Positions 51,043 through 64,000 of a DNA stretch of 64,000 nucleotides are shown here, in pieces (within the stretch, counting starts at the first letter, position 1; the number at the start of each line of letters is the position of its first letter). Location: the NCBI RefSeq assembly GCF_037042905.1, contig NC_087263.1:11224001-11288000 (forward strand). The letters run 5' to 3'. The notes under the pieces were generated by a model. It made no database searches and was not told the origin of the DNA. It saw only the letters and a program-made list of their open reading frames with translations. Both the position numbers and the translations under genes were made by a program. Source of the stretch: Lytechinus pictus. Lineage: Eukaryota.

Positions 51043-51620
51043 CGAAGGTCAAGACTCCAGAAAAAAAAGTGTTGATTTGAATCAATAGAGGAAAATCAAA
51101 CAAGCATTATTCTGGGAATTTCATCAAAATTGGTTGCAAATAGAGAAAGTTGAAACATTTTAAATTTTCACAAAACGGTTATAGGCAAAACTTAGTAACG
51201 TTCAAAGAGAGAGAGAGAGAGAGAGAGTCCATGATGTCCATCTTTCAGAATTTCTTATTTTTATTGTTTGAATTATTCAAAATAATCAATTTTTACAGAT
51301 TTTGCAATAATGACCAACTTAACTTAATCATAAAGTGATAAAACAACGGTAATTCCACATGTTCAGTGAGAAGTTTGTCTCACAGGCCAATGAAGAAAAA
51401 AAATAGTATATTTCTTACAATAAACAAAATACTGAATTGGTGACGTCATCATTCCCCTTATCTGCATAGCAACCAGAATGCGCATACAATAATTGTTTTG
51501 TGAAATTAAGCGAAAAATGTCAAAACTTTCTTATTCTTATTTTATATCCGATTTTGAAAAAAAAATCATTGCTAAGCTCATTGGATATTTTTTTAATGCT
51601 GTAAAACTCAACTTGTCTAC
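51043..51620. mobile_element. Degenerate Kolobok-like element
   Basis: aaggtcaag...gttgatttgaatcaatagaggaaaatcaaacaagc...tttcatcaaaat and closing aactttcttatt...tccgattttga, homologous to 62949-63524 in reverse. Confidence 0.7.
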
Positions 51621-51779
51621 TAATTGATATGAACGAATGATCCAGTGCCTGTGAAATGCACATTAGAGCTCGTGAAAAAAGCCAGTGTTCCTTCACATTT
51701 ATCCTGAGTGTAAGTGCCCATAAGACGTGTAATACACACATTGAAAATAAAGGGGTAACATTAATAAAGGTAGGTACAG

Positions 51780-51970
51780 AGGCAGAGAGGGAGAGGGAGA
51801 GAGAGAGAGGGGGTGGGGCAGGGTGGGTGTGGGGCAAGATATATTCGAGTGCAGTGGACTTGGAGGAGGGGATAGCGAGCGATATAGCATTGACGTTCTC
51901 GCACCGATGTGTGGACCTGCGCATGCTCGTTAGAGCACTCAATAATTCCATTTCGTGTGACGTCACTGAT
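51780..51970 (+). promoter_or_regulatory. Candidate proximal promoter/enhancer of the bHLH gene
   Basis: GAGA tract, GC-box-like GGGGTGGGGC, TGCGCATGCT (51918-51927) and CRE TGACGTCA (51958-51965), 250-440 nt upstream of the ATG. Confidence 0.35.
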
Positions 51971-52216
51971 ATATGCATATATATTTCCCTTCAACGACAT
52001 GGGATATTCACATTTCCAAATCTCAGTGGAACAATTTTGTTTGCAGATATCAAGTTACCAGCTGTCATCTACATGCATCTTTGAGCGAGAAATCTAAGTT
52101 ATTGCCAGAAAAGGTGTATTTTACCCTATATCAACCTTCAGAGGAAAGGAATCTTGCATGGTTTTCAGAACCCGTTTTTTCAGATTTCGATTTGGAACAT
52201 TTTTACTTTTAAAAGT

Positions 52217-52864
52217 ATGGCTGCTATCATCCAACACCAACCATCAATATCTATTTGTTCATCTTTACCACAAATGACATCCGACATTAACGGGAATAAG
52301 ATTACAAACACTTCTTCAACGTGTAAAACGAGATCCCAAACGAATTCGAACCTCCAGAAACTGAAGCGCAAGAGCGGCTCCCGAAACGCAAACTCTTCAG
52401 AATCCGCATCATCTGGCGGTGCTGGCGGAGAGAAAGGTGGAAGCGTTGCCAAGGCATCGGCCGTGCGGTCGGCGCCGAAAGAGAAGGAACCCCATCTCGT
52501 ACAGCGGAGGAATGCCAGGGAAAGGCGTCGCGTTCAGCTCGTCAACGACGGCTTCATTCGACTTCGACGAAAAATTCCGACCGAACCCAGGAACAAGAAA
52601 CTCTCAAAAGTCAAGACGCTTCGATCAGCCATCAATTACATACTCCATCTTCAACAGATGATAACGGAGTCGGACACACAGCAGCAGAGGATGATTGAGT
52701 ATAGTGGCCCGCATCATCCCCACCATGGTCACCATCAAGCGGGGGGCTACGGCTTAGGTATGGGTGGACTTATCGCTGGCCATCCAGGGCCTCATCCTCA
52801 AATGCCCCCTCAACCATCAAGTGGAGCCTACGAGTGGGACCATTATGCAGAAAATCAACCCATG
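52217..52864 (+). CDS. Achaete-scute family (ASCL/ASH-like) bHLH transcription factor, main coding exon
   Basis: bHLH VQRRNARERRRVQLVNDGFIRLRRKIPTEPRNKKLSKVKTLRSAINYILHLQQMI (about 52496-52663) matches the ASC signature RRNxRERxRVxxVNxGF...KKLSKVxTLRSAIxYI. ATG at 52217 in AGTATGG context. Strong phase-0 donor ATG|GTAAGA at 52864/52865. The 3' exon was not located. Confidence 0.92.
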
Positions 52865-53484
52865 GTAAGAAAATGCATAACATCTCAATTTATATTTTCA
52901 CGAGTTGTAATTCAGCTGTATGTGGCGTTTTGCAAGCCTGAGTACAAATCCCCCACCCCAAGCTTCATTGAAGACCCGTGGGGCCCGCTACAACAAAATT
53001 TGTTATAAGAACCAATGCAAAGGTTATTAAAAAGGTTTATGATCACCCACTTAACTTTAATGATTTCAGTAGCTTTAAACTGTCATGGAATATATAATAA
53101 CATGAACAACTTTAATGAATCAGGTCACTGATTTTGTCTCCAAGCCCCCTCCTCTTCATTTAAGGCCCTGATCTTAATGCCGGTGTCCTTCTCTAAAATG
53201 GCCATACCTTCCAGACTTTACCTTTTTTTCTTTATTTTGATTATATTTTTTCCTTTAAATCTAAATCATTGGTAACATAAATGTGTCCTTTTAACTTTCA
53301 ATAAGGACGTCTTTTCTGTAATTTAATGATCTATTTGATATTACTAAAAAAAAAAAAAGGCCTATGAAACGGACGCGAGGTAAAAATCCATAAAATATCT
53401 TTATTCTGTGACCATTCTACATGCTCTAATTTTTCAATATAAAGGAAATATAGAAAAACAAAAACAAGCCCTGGGAAATAAATA

Positions 53485-53570
53485 TATGTCCTCGTAGAGA
53501 GAGAAGAACTAAATTTATGTCCTCGTATAAAGAGAAAAACTAAATTTATGTCCTCGTAGAGAGAGAAGAG
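53485..53570 (+). repeat. ~31-bp minisatellite, about 2.7 copies
   Basis: tatgtcctcgtagagagagaagaactaaatt repeated. Confidence 0.85.
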
Positions 53571-53897
53571 AATGATAAAGAAAAAAGAGAGGAAGGAGGA
53601 GAAGAAGAAAAAGAACAACAACAACAAGAAGGAGAAGAAAGAAGAAGAAGAAGAAGAGGAAGAAAAATAATGAGAAGGAAAGGAAGAAGGTGAAAGGATA
53701 AACCAACTGTTTATGTACCAAAAGTTATTATGACAAAGTAAAACAAATAGTAAAATAGACGAAGTGAAATTATACATACAAACTTGAAATAAGAATGAAT
53801 AAGAACTAGATCAAGTGCAGTGTATAGCAAATGGCAATAAGACTGATTTGAAAGTAGATAAGGGGCCGGTATATATATATATATTTTTTTTTTTTAC

Positions 53898-54178
53898 AGG
53901 TTCACACCTGGTTACCAATAATGCATATAGCATTTCCATTTATTTGAAAGCAAGATAAAAGAGCATTGTAGATTAAATGCCTTGCTCACGAACATAGCTG
54001 CCGCAGCCGGGGATCGAACCCCACACCTAGTTACCGATAACGCATATAGCATTTCAATTTTATTTGAAAGCAAGATAAAAGAGCATTGTAGATTAAATGC
54101 CTCGAACTAGGATCGAACCCCGGACTTTTTCATGTATAGCCAGGCGCCTTAGACCACTCGGCCACGGAACCTCCACGG
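53898..54178 (-). mobile_element. tRNA-derived SINE with ~119-bp tandem duplication of its body
   Basis: Two near-identical blocks cacacct.gttacc.ataa.gcatatagcatt...ggatcgaacccc; single tRNA head ending ccactcggccacgg. Confidence 0.8.
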
Positions 54179-54702
54179 TATATCAATGGATTACGATAGA
54201 TGCACATCAAGCCCAATCTGCGATTGCTTTTAAATGATGTATTTACATGATTTAGATCAATCGCAACTTGCGTTTGAATTTGCAGGTGAAGTGACATTTA
54301 CTCCGATCTTAATATATCAGGCATGTCAGAGGACATGAGATTAGACTTGGGATTTAATAAAGGTTTTGGTTCAGAATAATGTAAAGATAAACATTATGGC
54401 TTATTTATTGTTGGAGGTTAGGCTTTATGTTTGGTTTAATTTGCAGATTTTACAGTTGTCGCCGGAGCAAAATGGAGCCTGATTTGAATCTATCGCAACT
54501 CTTGTTGTAAGATAGATTTAAAGTTGGTTTAACCCATGAGTCTTTAGACTATCTATAAAGAAGACCTACTTCTTATAGGTAAAGTGAATAGTAAACCTTT
54601 TCCTCATTGTCCTTCTTTTATACCAAGATCGTTTCACCTCTTCTGTTCCTATTGAGTTTGTATTGAAAAAAATCGCAACAAAATTCACATTTTGATCATT
54701 AA

Positions 54703-55292
54703 AGGGGAATCCAACCCAAATAAAAACTTGTTTTTATAAGAAAAAGAAAAATCAGACAAGTTGATAGGTGAAAGTTTGAACAATATCGGACAAACAACAA
54801 GAAAGTTATGATTTTTTTTAAGTTGTAAATTTTGGTAATTACTATACTCATGGAGACTTCAAATTGGCCGCATATGGGATGTCATAGTGATGTAAGGCAA
54901 TGACTACTCTTCCATGTACTCCAAAACATATTATGGCTAAAATGTCATTTTTCCCAATAGTTTATTTCAAATTATATATTTTTTCATGAGGACATAAAAC
55001 AATATACTACCTGGGTTATTTAGATTACTGCCCCAGGGGAATGGGTTCTTAGGAGAAAACCACAAATCCCTGATAATAAAGTACATGGCCTATGGGAAAG
55101 TTGTCCTTTCCCCTTGTCATAATTTACTTACCCAGTTGCCAATTTGAAATCTACATACTATTAGTGATCTCAATTTTAAAGCAGCTATAACTTTCTTTTG
55201 CTTGTCCGATTTCTTTCAAACTTTCACTATTATGTTTGGTTTATTTTTCTCCTTCCCAACACAAAATTTTATGGCCAAAGCTGGATTCCCCT
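54703..55292. mobile_element. Kolobok-like TTAA element, full length
   Basis: TTAA|aggggaatccaac...gctggattcccct|TTAA. Confidence 0.9.
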
Positions 55293-58200
55293 TTAACAAA
55301 ACCTCTGTCAAATATGACACTGCTATACAATTCTTAAGCACTCCGTAACTAACCCCGATATCATACTGATTCTCTAACAAAGTAATTCAGCAAAATCTAA
55401 TGCCTTTTCATGGGATATAAATGTCATATGCGTTGTGCACCGGAGAAAAAAAATATGCTTGTTTCTCGCTTCACCAGCAATAAATCTATGCCCCCCCCCC
55501 TCCAGTAAAAAAGAATATGGAATTTAACAATTCAATGACATAGTTATAAAACAGATTCAAATCATTCAATATTTCAGATTTGATTTCAACAACAAACAAA
55601 CGAAATAGTAGTTCTGCAGTAGATATACACTTCTTTCTCTAAAAAAGACTGTTTGAGTGTAGTAATAGGGTGGCTTTTGGGGGTATTAACTATGCAAGAG
55701 ATCTAGCGATGGTGCAGGTGCATCTTCCCCGGTACCCCCCTTCGTTAGAAAGGGACTGCGAGGGCAGAACGGAAACTTCGGCAGGTGAAAAGCGCGCGCA
55801 TTTTCTACCCTCTTCGATAAAGTTCTACCAAAGATAGACACATGGATCTCGCTCCAAGAGAGTTCGAATAAATCCCCACTCTGTTATTTTCTTTCCATTC
55901 CCTGGCCGATCGATAAATCATAATGATGACTTGCTGGGGGTTGATTAATCCAGCTTCTATTTTCTTTTGTTTTCCTTTTTTTTTGCATTCCCTTCTCCTG
56001 AAATCCTCTTTCATGACCATGATTTTATGTCGCCTGTGTTATGTACGTTGCATGCTCCGATATGAACAATCACAAAAACAGTAATACGCTTTTCAGTGAT
56101 GTTAGCGTTAACACTTGTTTTTATAACATAGGTAGGCTTGCTAATTGCAATAGCCACGACGGCAAAGAAGACTACTATTAATATTTCCGCTACCATTTAT
56201 AATAACAATATTCCACCATACTTGAAAATGCAGTAAACAACAATAATATGTTTGATTTGTTTTGTTTGTTTTCATAATAAAAGACTGCGCAAATTTCAAA
56301 ATATGGGTACCGTCTTCGGAAAGAAGCAGCCCTGATAGCTCACCTATACAAGACAGTGGATAATTGTATAGTTTACTGCAAGGTGCTTACATTAGCTCAA
56401 TAATGATCAATCTAAAAAGGAAAAAAAAAAAAAAAGGATGTTAAAGGTTGGAGAAGTGCCAAGGAGTAATAGCGTTGTCCACACTTTTAAATTTTGTTTC
56501 ACTGATTTTCCCCTTTACTAAAAAAGAAAAAAAAGATAAATTACTCCTACTTAGAATATCTTTGCTATTCCGTAAAATTGTTCAAACTTAGGCTTTTTGG
56601 AGAATGCATTTCCAGATTTTTCTTTATTTTATTCTATGTATTTTTAAGGGGGCTGCGTAGAGATTCTAATTTTCTTGGAAGGCAGGATTGATCACACTCA
56701 AAGTACATGACTCTTAAGAATCTATTAAGAATTGGGAAATTTTATGGTGAAATAAAATTTCATTAAGCTAAGTCCTTCAATCAAAAATCAGCTAAATTCT
56801 TCGCTCAATGTTAATAAAGAGTAAATCTGGGAAATATAATTATTCACAAATACCGATCAGACAATGAATTCACGGATTGGAAAGTGTGGCTTTTGACACT
56901 TCTGTATTGTCGTATCAGTTTTCTTCCTTTCTGGGTTTGGTATCTGCTATATTTGTTTTTCCGCGCCCCCTTACAAAAGGTCGCGAGGATTATGAATGCA
57001 CATCAGCTTTTTGAAATAAACTCAATACGCATACCGCCGAGCGCGAGTAAGCCCGTTTGTAATTCACACCCCACCACTCAAAACCAATGCCCTATTCAAA
57101 TTATTATTTCTACAAATTTACACCATCGCACAATTTCCATGATAAAAACAACGATTACAAAACGGGAGAAAAACGATATGACGATCGTGGTTCGCAAACA
57201 GGACACTGAGCTGCTTTTCACTATTTCCATCACTGCAATTTTCAGCCCCGGGTCTATTCAAAACATGCACAAATGTGACCCTGTGACGATTCTAATGCAG
57301 TACCACCAACCGCGGAACACCGCGATGTGATCCCAATGCGAAGCGACTCTTTCTAGTTGTCTCTCGTTATTTATTTCCTTTCACTCCCCCACTTTTTCTA
57401 TTATTTTTGTTGCTATTCACGTATAAATTCAGCCAGTGAGATTTTTCGCCTGCTTGCGTTGTTAACTTAGATAGCAGTGCCCTTTTACACAGGCACACGT
57501 GTGCTCGTCAAGCCATCCCGACGGGGGTGACGAGCGGGCGCGTGCCACACGCAAAATGAAAAGAATCGACGTCCCTTTCTATCATAATCACATTTTATCA
57601 TTCTTCTTACAAATTTGGGGGAATTTTGCTGAGTTTTCTCTATTTTTAAGGGAATGAATTAATACCTAGCTTCTTGTAGTTTCATAACTTCTTTAAGACT
57701 CTAGTTTTAATTCTACTTCGGCATAAATTCAAGGTAGTTTTTTGTTTCTTTGTCTGACGATTACACTGTGTGAGATGGGTTTTAATGTAAAAAAATGTGT
57801 GCAATAATTTTTCGTCATTAGACGAATGATAAATAAATAGACAAATAATAAATCAATTAATGAAATAACCTTGTAAGTAAATTAAAATTAAATGAATTAA
57901 TAAATGGATAACAAGAAATAAATTCAGTCAAATAGATGTCTCCTTTCTTTCTTTATTTTATTTTCCTTTTCTTCCCTTCTACTTCCTTTTTCGTCTTCTT
58001 ATTCTTATTCTTTTTTTTTGCATTTGCGTTGTGTAATTTGGATACTTGGAATTTAATTATGATTAAATTTGATTTGTGGAGATCGTAAATGGCATGTGTT
58101 TGTTATCCTTATTCTGTATTATGCGTACCATGTGACAAAGATTAATGTTTTCTAGCCTTCGAGATTCTCTTCTCTTTTTACTTTTTTCTTTGGGTTTTCT

Positions 58201-60095
58201 TTTTTTCTTCTTCATCTCCTTCTCCTCCTCCTATCTTTCTTATTCTCCTCCGACTTCTTTTTCTTCCTCTTCCTCTTCTTTTCCTTCTTCTTTCTCTTTT
58301 TTCGCCTCTTCCTACTCCTCCTCCTCCTTCTTCTCTTTCTTCTGCTTATTTGTCTCCTTCGTTTTCTCTCAGTGTTCTTTCACTTTCTTCTTCTTGTCGT
58401 CCCCTCCTCTTCCTCCTTCATCACCATCGTCATCTCCCTCTTTTCCTTCTTTGCCGTATTCTCTATTCCAAATTTGGATAGTTCTCTTGTTCTATATTCT
58501 TTTTCATATTCACTAATCGATGTTAGCATGAAATCATGAAATTACTTTAACCGATTCTTTATTTCCCCTTCACCTTGTTTGTTCGTTGCGTAAATGCTTT
58601 ACGATATGATACATATATTTTTGTTATTTTCTGCCCACTCTCTTTTAATTGAAAAAAACTAGATTAGTAAGGAGTCTGTCAAAATATAATTTTTTCAGGT
58701 TTATATATTATTCTGGATATATCAAGATAATACTGAAGCTCTGGAAATGTTGTTTTATTAATTTTCGGCAAGCTGTCCTTTGATAGCGTTATAGTGCCAT
58801 TATTTGGTTTGATTGTGACGAAATATCCTCTCACCTTCATTCAGAAAGCCTGCAAAAATATTACGCCTGCCTTGGGGTGATGAAAAGATTTCGATTGAGA
58901 TCGTTTATACGCCGCAAATAGAGAAATGAATTAAAATAATTCATTGTTTTTTCCACAAAATTTTTGGTGCGAACTTCCATGCCACGCGGTCCTTGACACC
59001 GCTGCCAGGGCTACGGCGGGGATGTCGATAGTTGGCCCGCTCGCTGTTCTTGGCGATATCAGCGGGTGGCCGTAGCGCGGAGAATGCATGCGGATGCGGC
59101 AGTATTCACGGAGGATTTTCACAGCAGCTCGAAGAGGAAATCAGGGCATTTTATTTGATTATTCAGACACTCTTTAACGTGCCTTCGTCTTGCACACGTA
59201 TAAACTGCTTTCACATTTATATAGGCCAATTTACAAAGAGTAGAATAGTAGTGTCGAGTAATGGGGGAAAAGCGGTAAAGTTGTAATAATTTTGGAAGGC
59301 ACCGAAAGTGATGTACGCTTTTGGGCGTTTTATTAAGTCATCCCCCTACCATACTTTGGAAGGAGTTTTCTAAAAGCATTTTTAGAAAATGCATAATTAG
59401 TTTCATTTTAATTGCTTCCTTATATGACGATCAGGTACAAGAACGCCGAGGTATTATTTTATATCCCCCTTGGAATGAAACAAACTGATTTACAACAAAT
59501 AAAGTTACAATCTATTGGAAATGGATGTGTGTCATTTTTTTTCATTAGATTAGATTACTTTCAGTGTCACTTAACTTTGGCGGTACCATAACAAAAATCA
59601 CAAGAATCAAAGCAATATGCGAAATCCACAGAAAGCATTAATTTCACTTGAAAAAAGGGCCTTTGTCGTGTAGGTGAATTGGCCGAAACGTAACCAAGAA
59701 GTTGATTTTGCAGGATCTTACAGAAATTTTGCAACACCAGTCATTATTGTACATAAAATTTATCTGACTTTGCACACCGATAAGGTCCTAACATGCCTTA
59801 AGTAAAGATTAACAGCACAGGTGAGCCTACCTGAGCACATGTCCCGTTATCCAATTGAAGAAAAAAAAGAATACTTGTGCTTCTTCTCTAATTATCAATA
59901 TTTCCACATTCTTCTTCTACCTCTTCTTCTTCTTCTTCTTCCTCATGTCTTGTTTGTAAGAATGGTTATGTTATGGAAATGTTAATGTGAGCAATAATAA
60001 CTTTTTTACCCTTTTCACAATATTAAGAATTTCTGATTTTGATATATTCGTTCGTATGTTAATATTATTTATTGAACAAGTCATCTTTTCATTTA

Positions 60096-60323
60096 CACTC
60101 TTAAAATAGTTGTGCAAAAAATGACAAATTCTTAACCAACCCTGGGCAACATACTGCCCACACAACTATTGGTTAAATCTGCCCAAATTGGGTAAAAAAA
60201 TAATAATTGGTTAATAAATTTGCTCAATTGGATAACAATTGCCTAGAATATATATATATATACATATTACCAACATACATTACCCAACACAGTGGACAGT
60301 ATGTTGCCATCATTTTAAGTGTG
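60096..60323. mobile_element. CAC..GTG / TA-duplication MITE
   Basis: Reverse-complement match to 39369-39597 along its length. Confidence 0.85.
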
Positions 60324-60694
60324 TATTAATCGCACAATTTCATTTTATTTGTTCATTTATATTTTTTCATTTGATTCAAAATATCTATTCTAATCTAATT
60401 TCATTGTATTTCATAATTATTTTTTCTTATTATTTCTAATTTAATAATTATGATTCATTTATTTGTTTTTTTTCCTGTTTGATTAATTAATCAATTTATT
60501 TGTATATATGATTATGTAGAGAAACGGGGGAGCATATGATAGATAGACATTCCATTGAAAAAAAAAGGTTGTCATCAGAGGGACATGATTGTGTATATAT
60601 ACATGGACACACCCTCTCTCTCTCTCACACACACACACACATGAACATACATATAATCCACATATAATTAGTGTAAAACACCAATTATATATAC

Positions 60695-60730
<36 letters not shown>

Positions 60731-61548
60731 TGTGTGTGAGAGATGAAGGGTAAGAAAAAAATATGGCTGATACCAAAGAAGCTAAAGGGAGTCAAATTAG
60801 TAAAATATGAAAATGGATTCATGGGTGACAATAAAAATATTCCTTTTTTTTCTATAAGAGTGAACCCCTTTAATGTTAATGAATATTTAAAATCGATCGT
60901 GGAGCCGGGGGCCTTCTACACGACGCGGTCTTGCGGAAATGATTTTTCGTTTCCCAATCACCTGTCTCGACTTCCAACTCGACAACCCGGTGTGAGTATT
61001 AAAGTTGTATCCTATCTGTGACTTTCACTGACAAAGTTGCCCTGAGCCAATCAGATGCAATGATTTCAGTAGCTTATAACAAATAGTGAAAATCAGGGAC
61101 TGTAAGCTTCACAAAACCATCCCCTGAACTATACGTGGCGATTTCAGTTTCACTAATTTCCTCTTTGAATCCAGTAGCTTTTGTAACGTTTGGGCACACC
61201 TATTGATGTACTATGATCAGTGTTTTTTTATGAAACAATTTCTGCCATGCAATTATGCACAATAAAACCAATTATGTTGAAGGATGAGAAAATAAGTATT
61301 ACTAGTATTCCTAAAAATGACTCCATGTGTTTTTATGAATTTGATTGCAATTTCATGTTCGTTATATTTCTCTTTTTTCCTTTTCTCTTCTCCCCATCGA
61401 AATTATAAATACTTGTGCAACACAATTGATACTTGTATTTACCAAAGAAGTCAACCTTTATCTCTGAACGTTTGATATAAGTTTTGAAATATATATAAAT
61501 ATAAATATATACATGTATATATATATATATATTATACTATATATATAT

Positions 61549-62485
61549 GAAGAGCTCACTTGCAAAAGGGGTTAGGTCCATTTTTCATCAAATTTGATTT
61601 GATTTATACCTTCTAATTCTTACGCATATTCCGATTGATATTGTACTTTAAATTTGACTATGTATTGTTACTTTGATTTTGTTGTGCTTTGTGAACGGAA
61701 AATGAATAAAATCTAAATCTATGTCTCAATGTATAGATTTTAGGAGCTCTATGAGATTATGCCAAAGAAAAGGTGAAATTCCTATTAAAAAGTGAGCTAA
61801 ATGGCAAAGAAAATATTTTTTTTTTTTCAAAAGGGGTTAGGTCCATTTCAGTTTAGTTGCAAAAGGGGTTAGGTCCACACAATTTTTTTGGAAAAGAATA
61901 TCTTAACAAATATGAAGACATGTAGATTTCTCTTATACCCAATTTTATCTTCTCATGGTAAGGTATCATGAAAATTCAGTTTCGCATAAGAATATTGCAA
62001 TATGGGAGAATTAAAACAAATATTTTCTTGGAGTGGACCTAACCCATTTTGCAACCAAACACTTCTGAACAACTCATTTGTCAAAAGGGGTTAGGTCCAT
62101 TTTTCATAAATTTTATTGTTTTCTGTCTCTAAACCTCTAAATTTTTAGTCACTCTGATGATACCAAAAACAATTAGAAATTCAAATGAAAACGTGAATGA
62201 AAGTGGCAAAGAAAAATCGCTTTTTTAATCAAAAGAGATTGGATTCATTTCAGTTAACTTGCAAAAGGGGTTAGGTACACAATGATAATTTTTTTAAAAA
62301 TATATAGAAAAAAATTTAAGACAGGTAGATTTCTTTTATACCCAATTTTATGTTCACCTGATAGGGTAGTACATCATGACAATTTAGTTTCTCATAAGAA
62401 TATTGCAATAAGTGAGAATAAAAAAACATGGTCTTTCTCGGAATGGTCCAAAGTGGACCTAACCCCTTTTGCAAATAAACTCTTC
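61549..62485. mobile_element. Dimeric non-autonomous DNA transposon, Sola1-like (ATAT flanks)
   Basis: ATAT|GAAGAG...CTCTTC|ATAT; two units; repeated AAAAGGGGTTAGGTCCA motif; homologous to 42808-43625. Confidence 0.8.
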
Positions 62486-62948
62486 ATATATATATATATA
62501 TATGTTTATATAGTAGAATAATAGGATGGAGCGAGTTGCTTGGATTTTATTTGTACAGACTGTTCATCAGCAACATGAGGCTCCTGTACACATGCAGTTT
62601 AAGATGTTGGGGCCACACTCCCTTTCCGTTTCCAATCCGACTGCCCCCCCCCCCCCCTCGGAATCGAAGTAAATTCAAAATTCACTAACACGTTATCTAA
62701 TATGTTGTAAGAATAAGAAATATGCTGTTGCATATTCAAACCAAGTAGGACCCCCAAGAGGTGAAGACCGGGGATTATGTAAATTTAGAATTTCATAACT
62801 TTCTCATTCTACATCCCATTTTGATGAAACTTTCAGTGTTTATGTTTGTTTATTTTTTCTCCATAGATTCAAATCAATAGCTTCATATCATCTGCATATC
62901 CGTCCTGTCAATAGATTAATTAACTCTCGAAACGAAACGGCGCCTTAA

Positions 62949-63524
62949 AGGATAAGTCCACTCCAACAAAAAGTTGATTTTAATAAAAAGAGAAGAATCC
63001 GACAAGCCTAACACTGAAAATTTCATCAAAATCGGATGTCAAATAAAAAAGTTATGACATTTTAAAGTTTTGCTTAATTTCACAAAACAGTCATATGCAC
63101 ATCCTGGTGGGTATGCAAATGAGGAGACCGACGGCGTCATCCACTCACTATTTCTTATATGAAATAGAGAATATTCTATTTTTCTCCTTATCGTCAAGTG
63201 AAACAATTTTGAATTCTTCTCTTAACAAGTGGAATGAGCATTGTTTAATACTATATGATTCAGTCAATTTGGTCCTTATATTCAAATCTATAAAAAATGA
63301 AATATTGTATAATTCAAACAATAAAAAACAAAATAAATAGTGAGTTAGGGACATCATCGACTGTCTCACTTGAGTTGTGCATATTACTGTTTTGTAAAAG
63401 AAATTAAGCATAACTTTAAGATGTCATAACTTTCTTATTTTACATCCGGTTTTGATTTCAGCGTTTTGCTAGTTTGATTTATTTGATTTATTCAAATCAA
63501 CATTTTCTGCGGTGGACTTGACCT
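62949..63524. mobile_element. Kolobok-like TTAA element, full length
   Basis: TTAA|aggataagtccac...gtggacttgacct|TTAA. Confidence 0.9.
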
Positions 63525-64000
63525 TTAAGTTTGTCTACACTCGATCGGCACACGAACTTTTCTGTGTTTTTTTTTGTCCACATGCAGGAATATTCGTATT
63601 CGCTAAATATATTGTTCGATCCTTTTTGTTACCTCAATGCCAGGCATTAAGCACAAATTATAAACTGTGGTATCGTTTTTATTCAGTTTTTGTTATTATT
63701 GTATGGAACCAGAACTCCATAGTTTTGGATGGAGATGCAGAAACTAGCATATTGCTACATTTCCGGCATGAATACTAATATTTCCTGATTTGATATTCAT
63801 AAGGATCGTGACGCCACTGAACCATACAAACAGGAAATAAAATAGATAACCAAACCTTTTCTAATTTTCCCTTTATACATTTTATCATGACCATAGCTCG
63901 CGCTCAAACTCCAGTGCGCATACCGCCTGTTGGTTTATAGAATCTGTGCATTTCAATTGTTGCAAAGGCAAAGGCAGCCAAATCAAATAATAAACGGTCA

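Noticed and set aside
52865..53008. C-terminal 47 aa of the 284-aa ORF
   Set aside because: Follows a strong donor, composition turns intron-like, and it runs into a MITE-like end near 52980; probably intron read-through.

Overview
AT-rich, repeat-dense animal genomic DNA. A sea-urchin/echinoderm origin is inferred from the repeat landscape (Deu-domain SINE, poly(G) strings, L2/CR1 fragments), not proven. Two protein-coding genes are well supported and lie head-to-head: a 660-aa ORF on the minus strand (39643-41625; N-terminal coiled coil, otherwise low-complexity, function unknown) and an achaete-scute-family bHLH exon on the plus strand (52217-52864). The rest is mostly a mosaic of non-autonomous DNA transposons with TTAA, TA, TTA, AWWT, 5-bp and 8-bp target duplications, tRNA-derived SINEs, decayed LINE fragments and microsatellites. 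Almost all other ORFs in the track are artefacts of simple repeats. The most interesting signals are two Penelope-type minimal hammerhead-ribozyme motifs, a TGT..ACA element carrying a LINE piece inside a SINE, head-to-tail dimeric Sola1-like elements, and a possible spliced upstream exon of the bHLH gene. I found no convincing evidence of a wholly new multi-gene system. No CRISPR array, rRNA or intact tRNA gene was seen.
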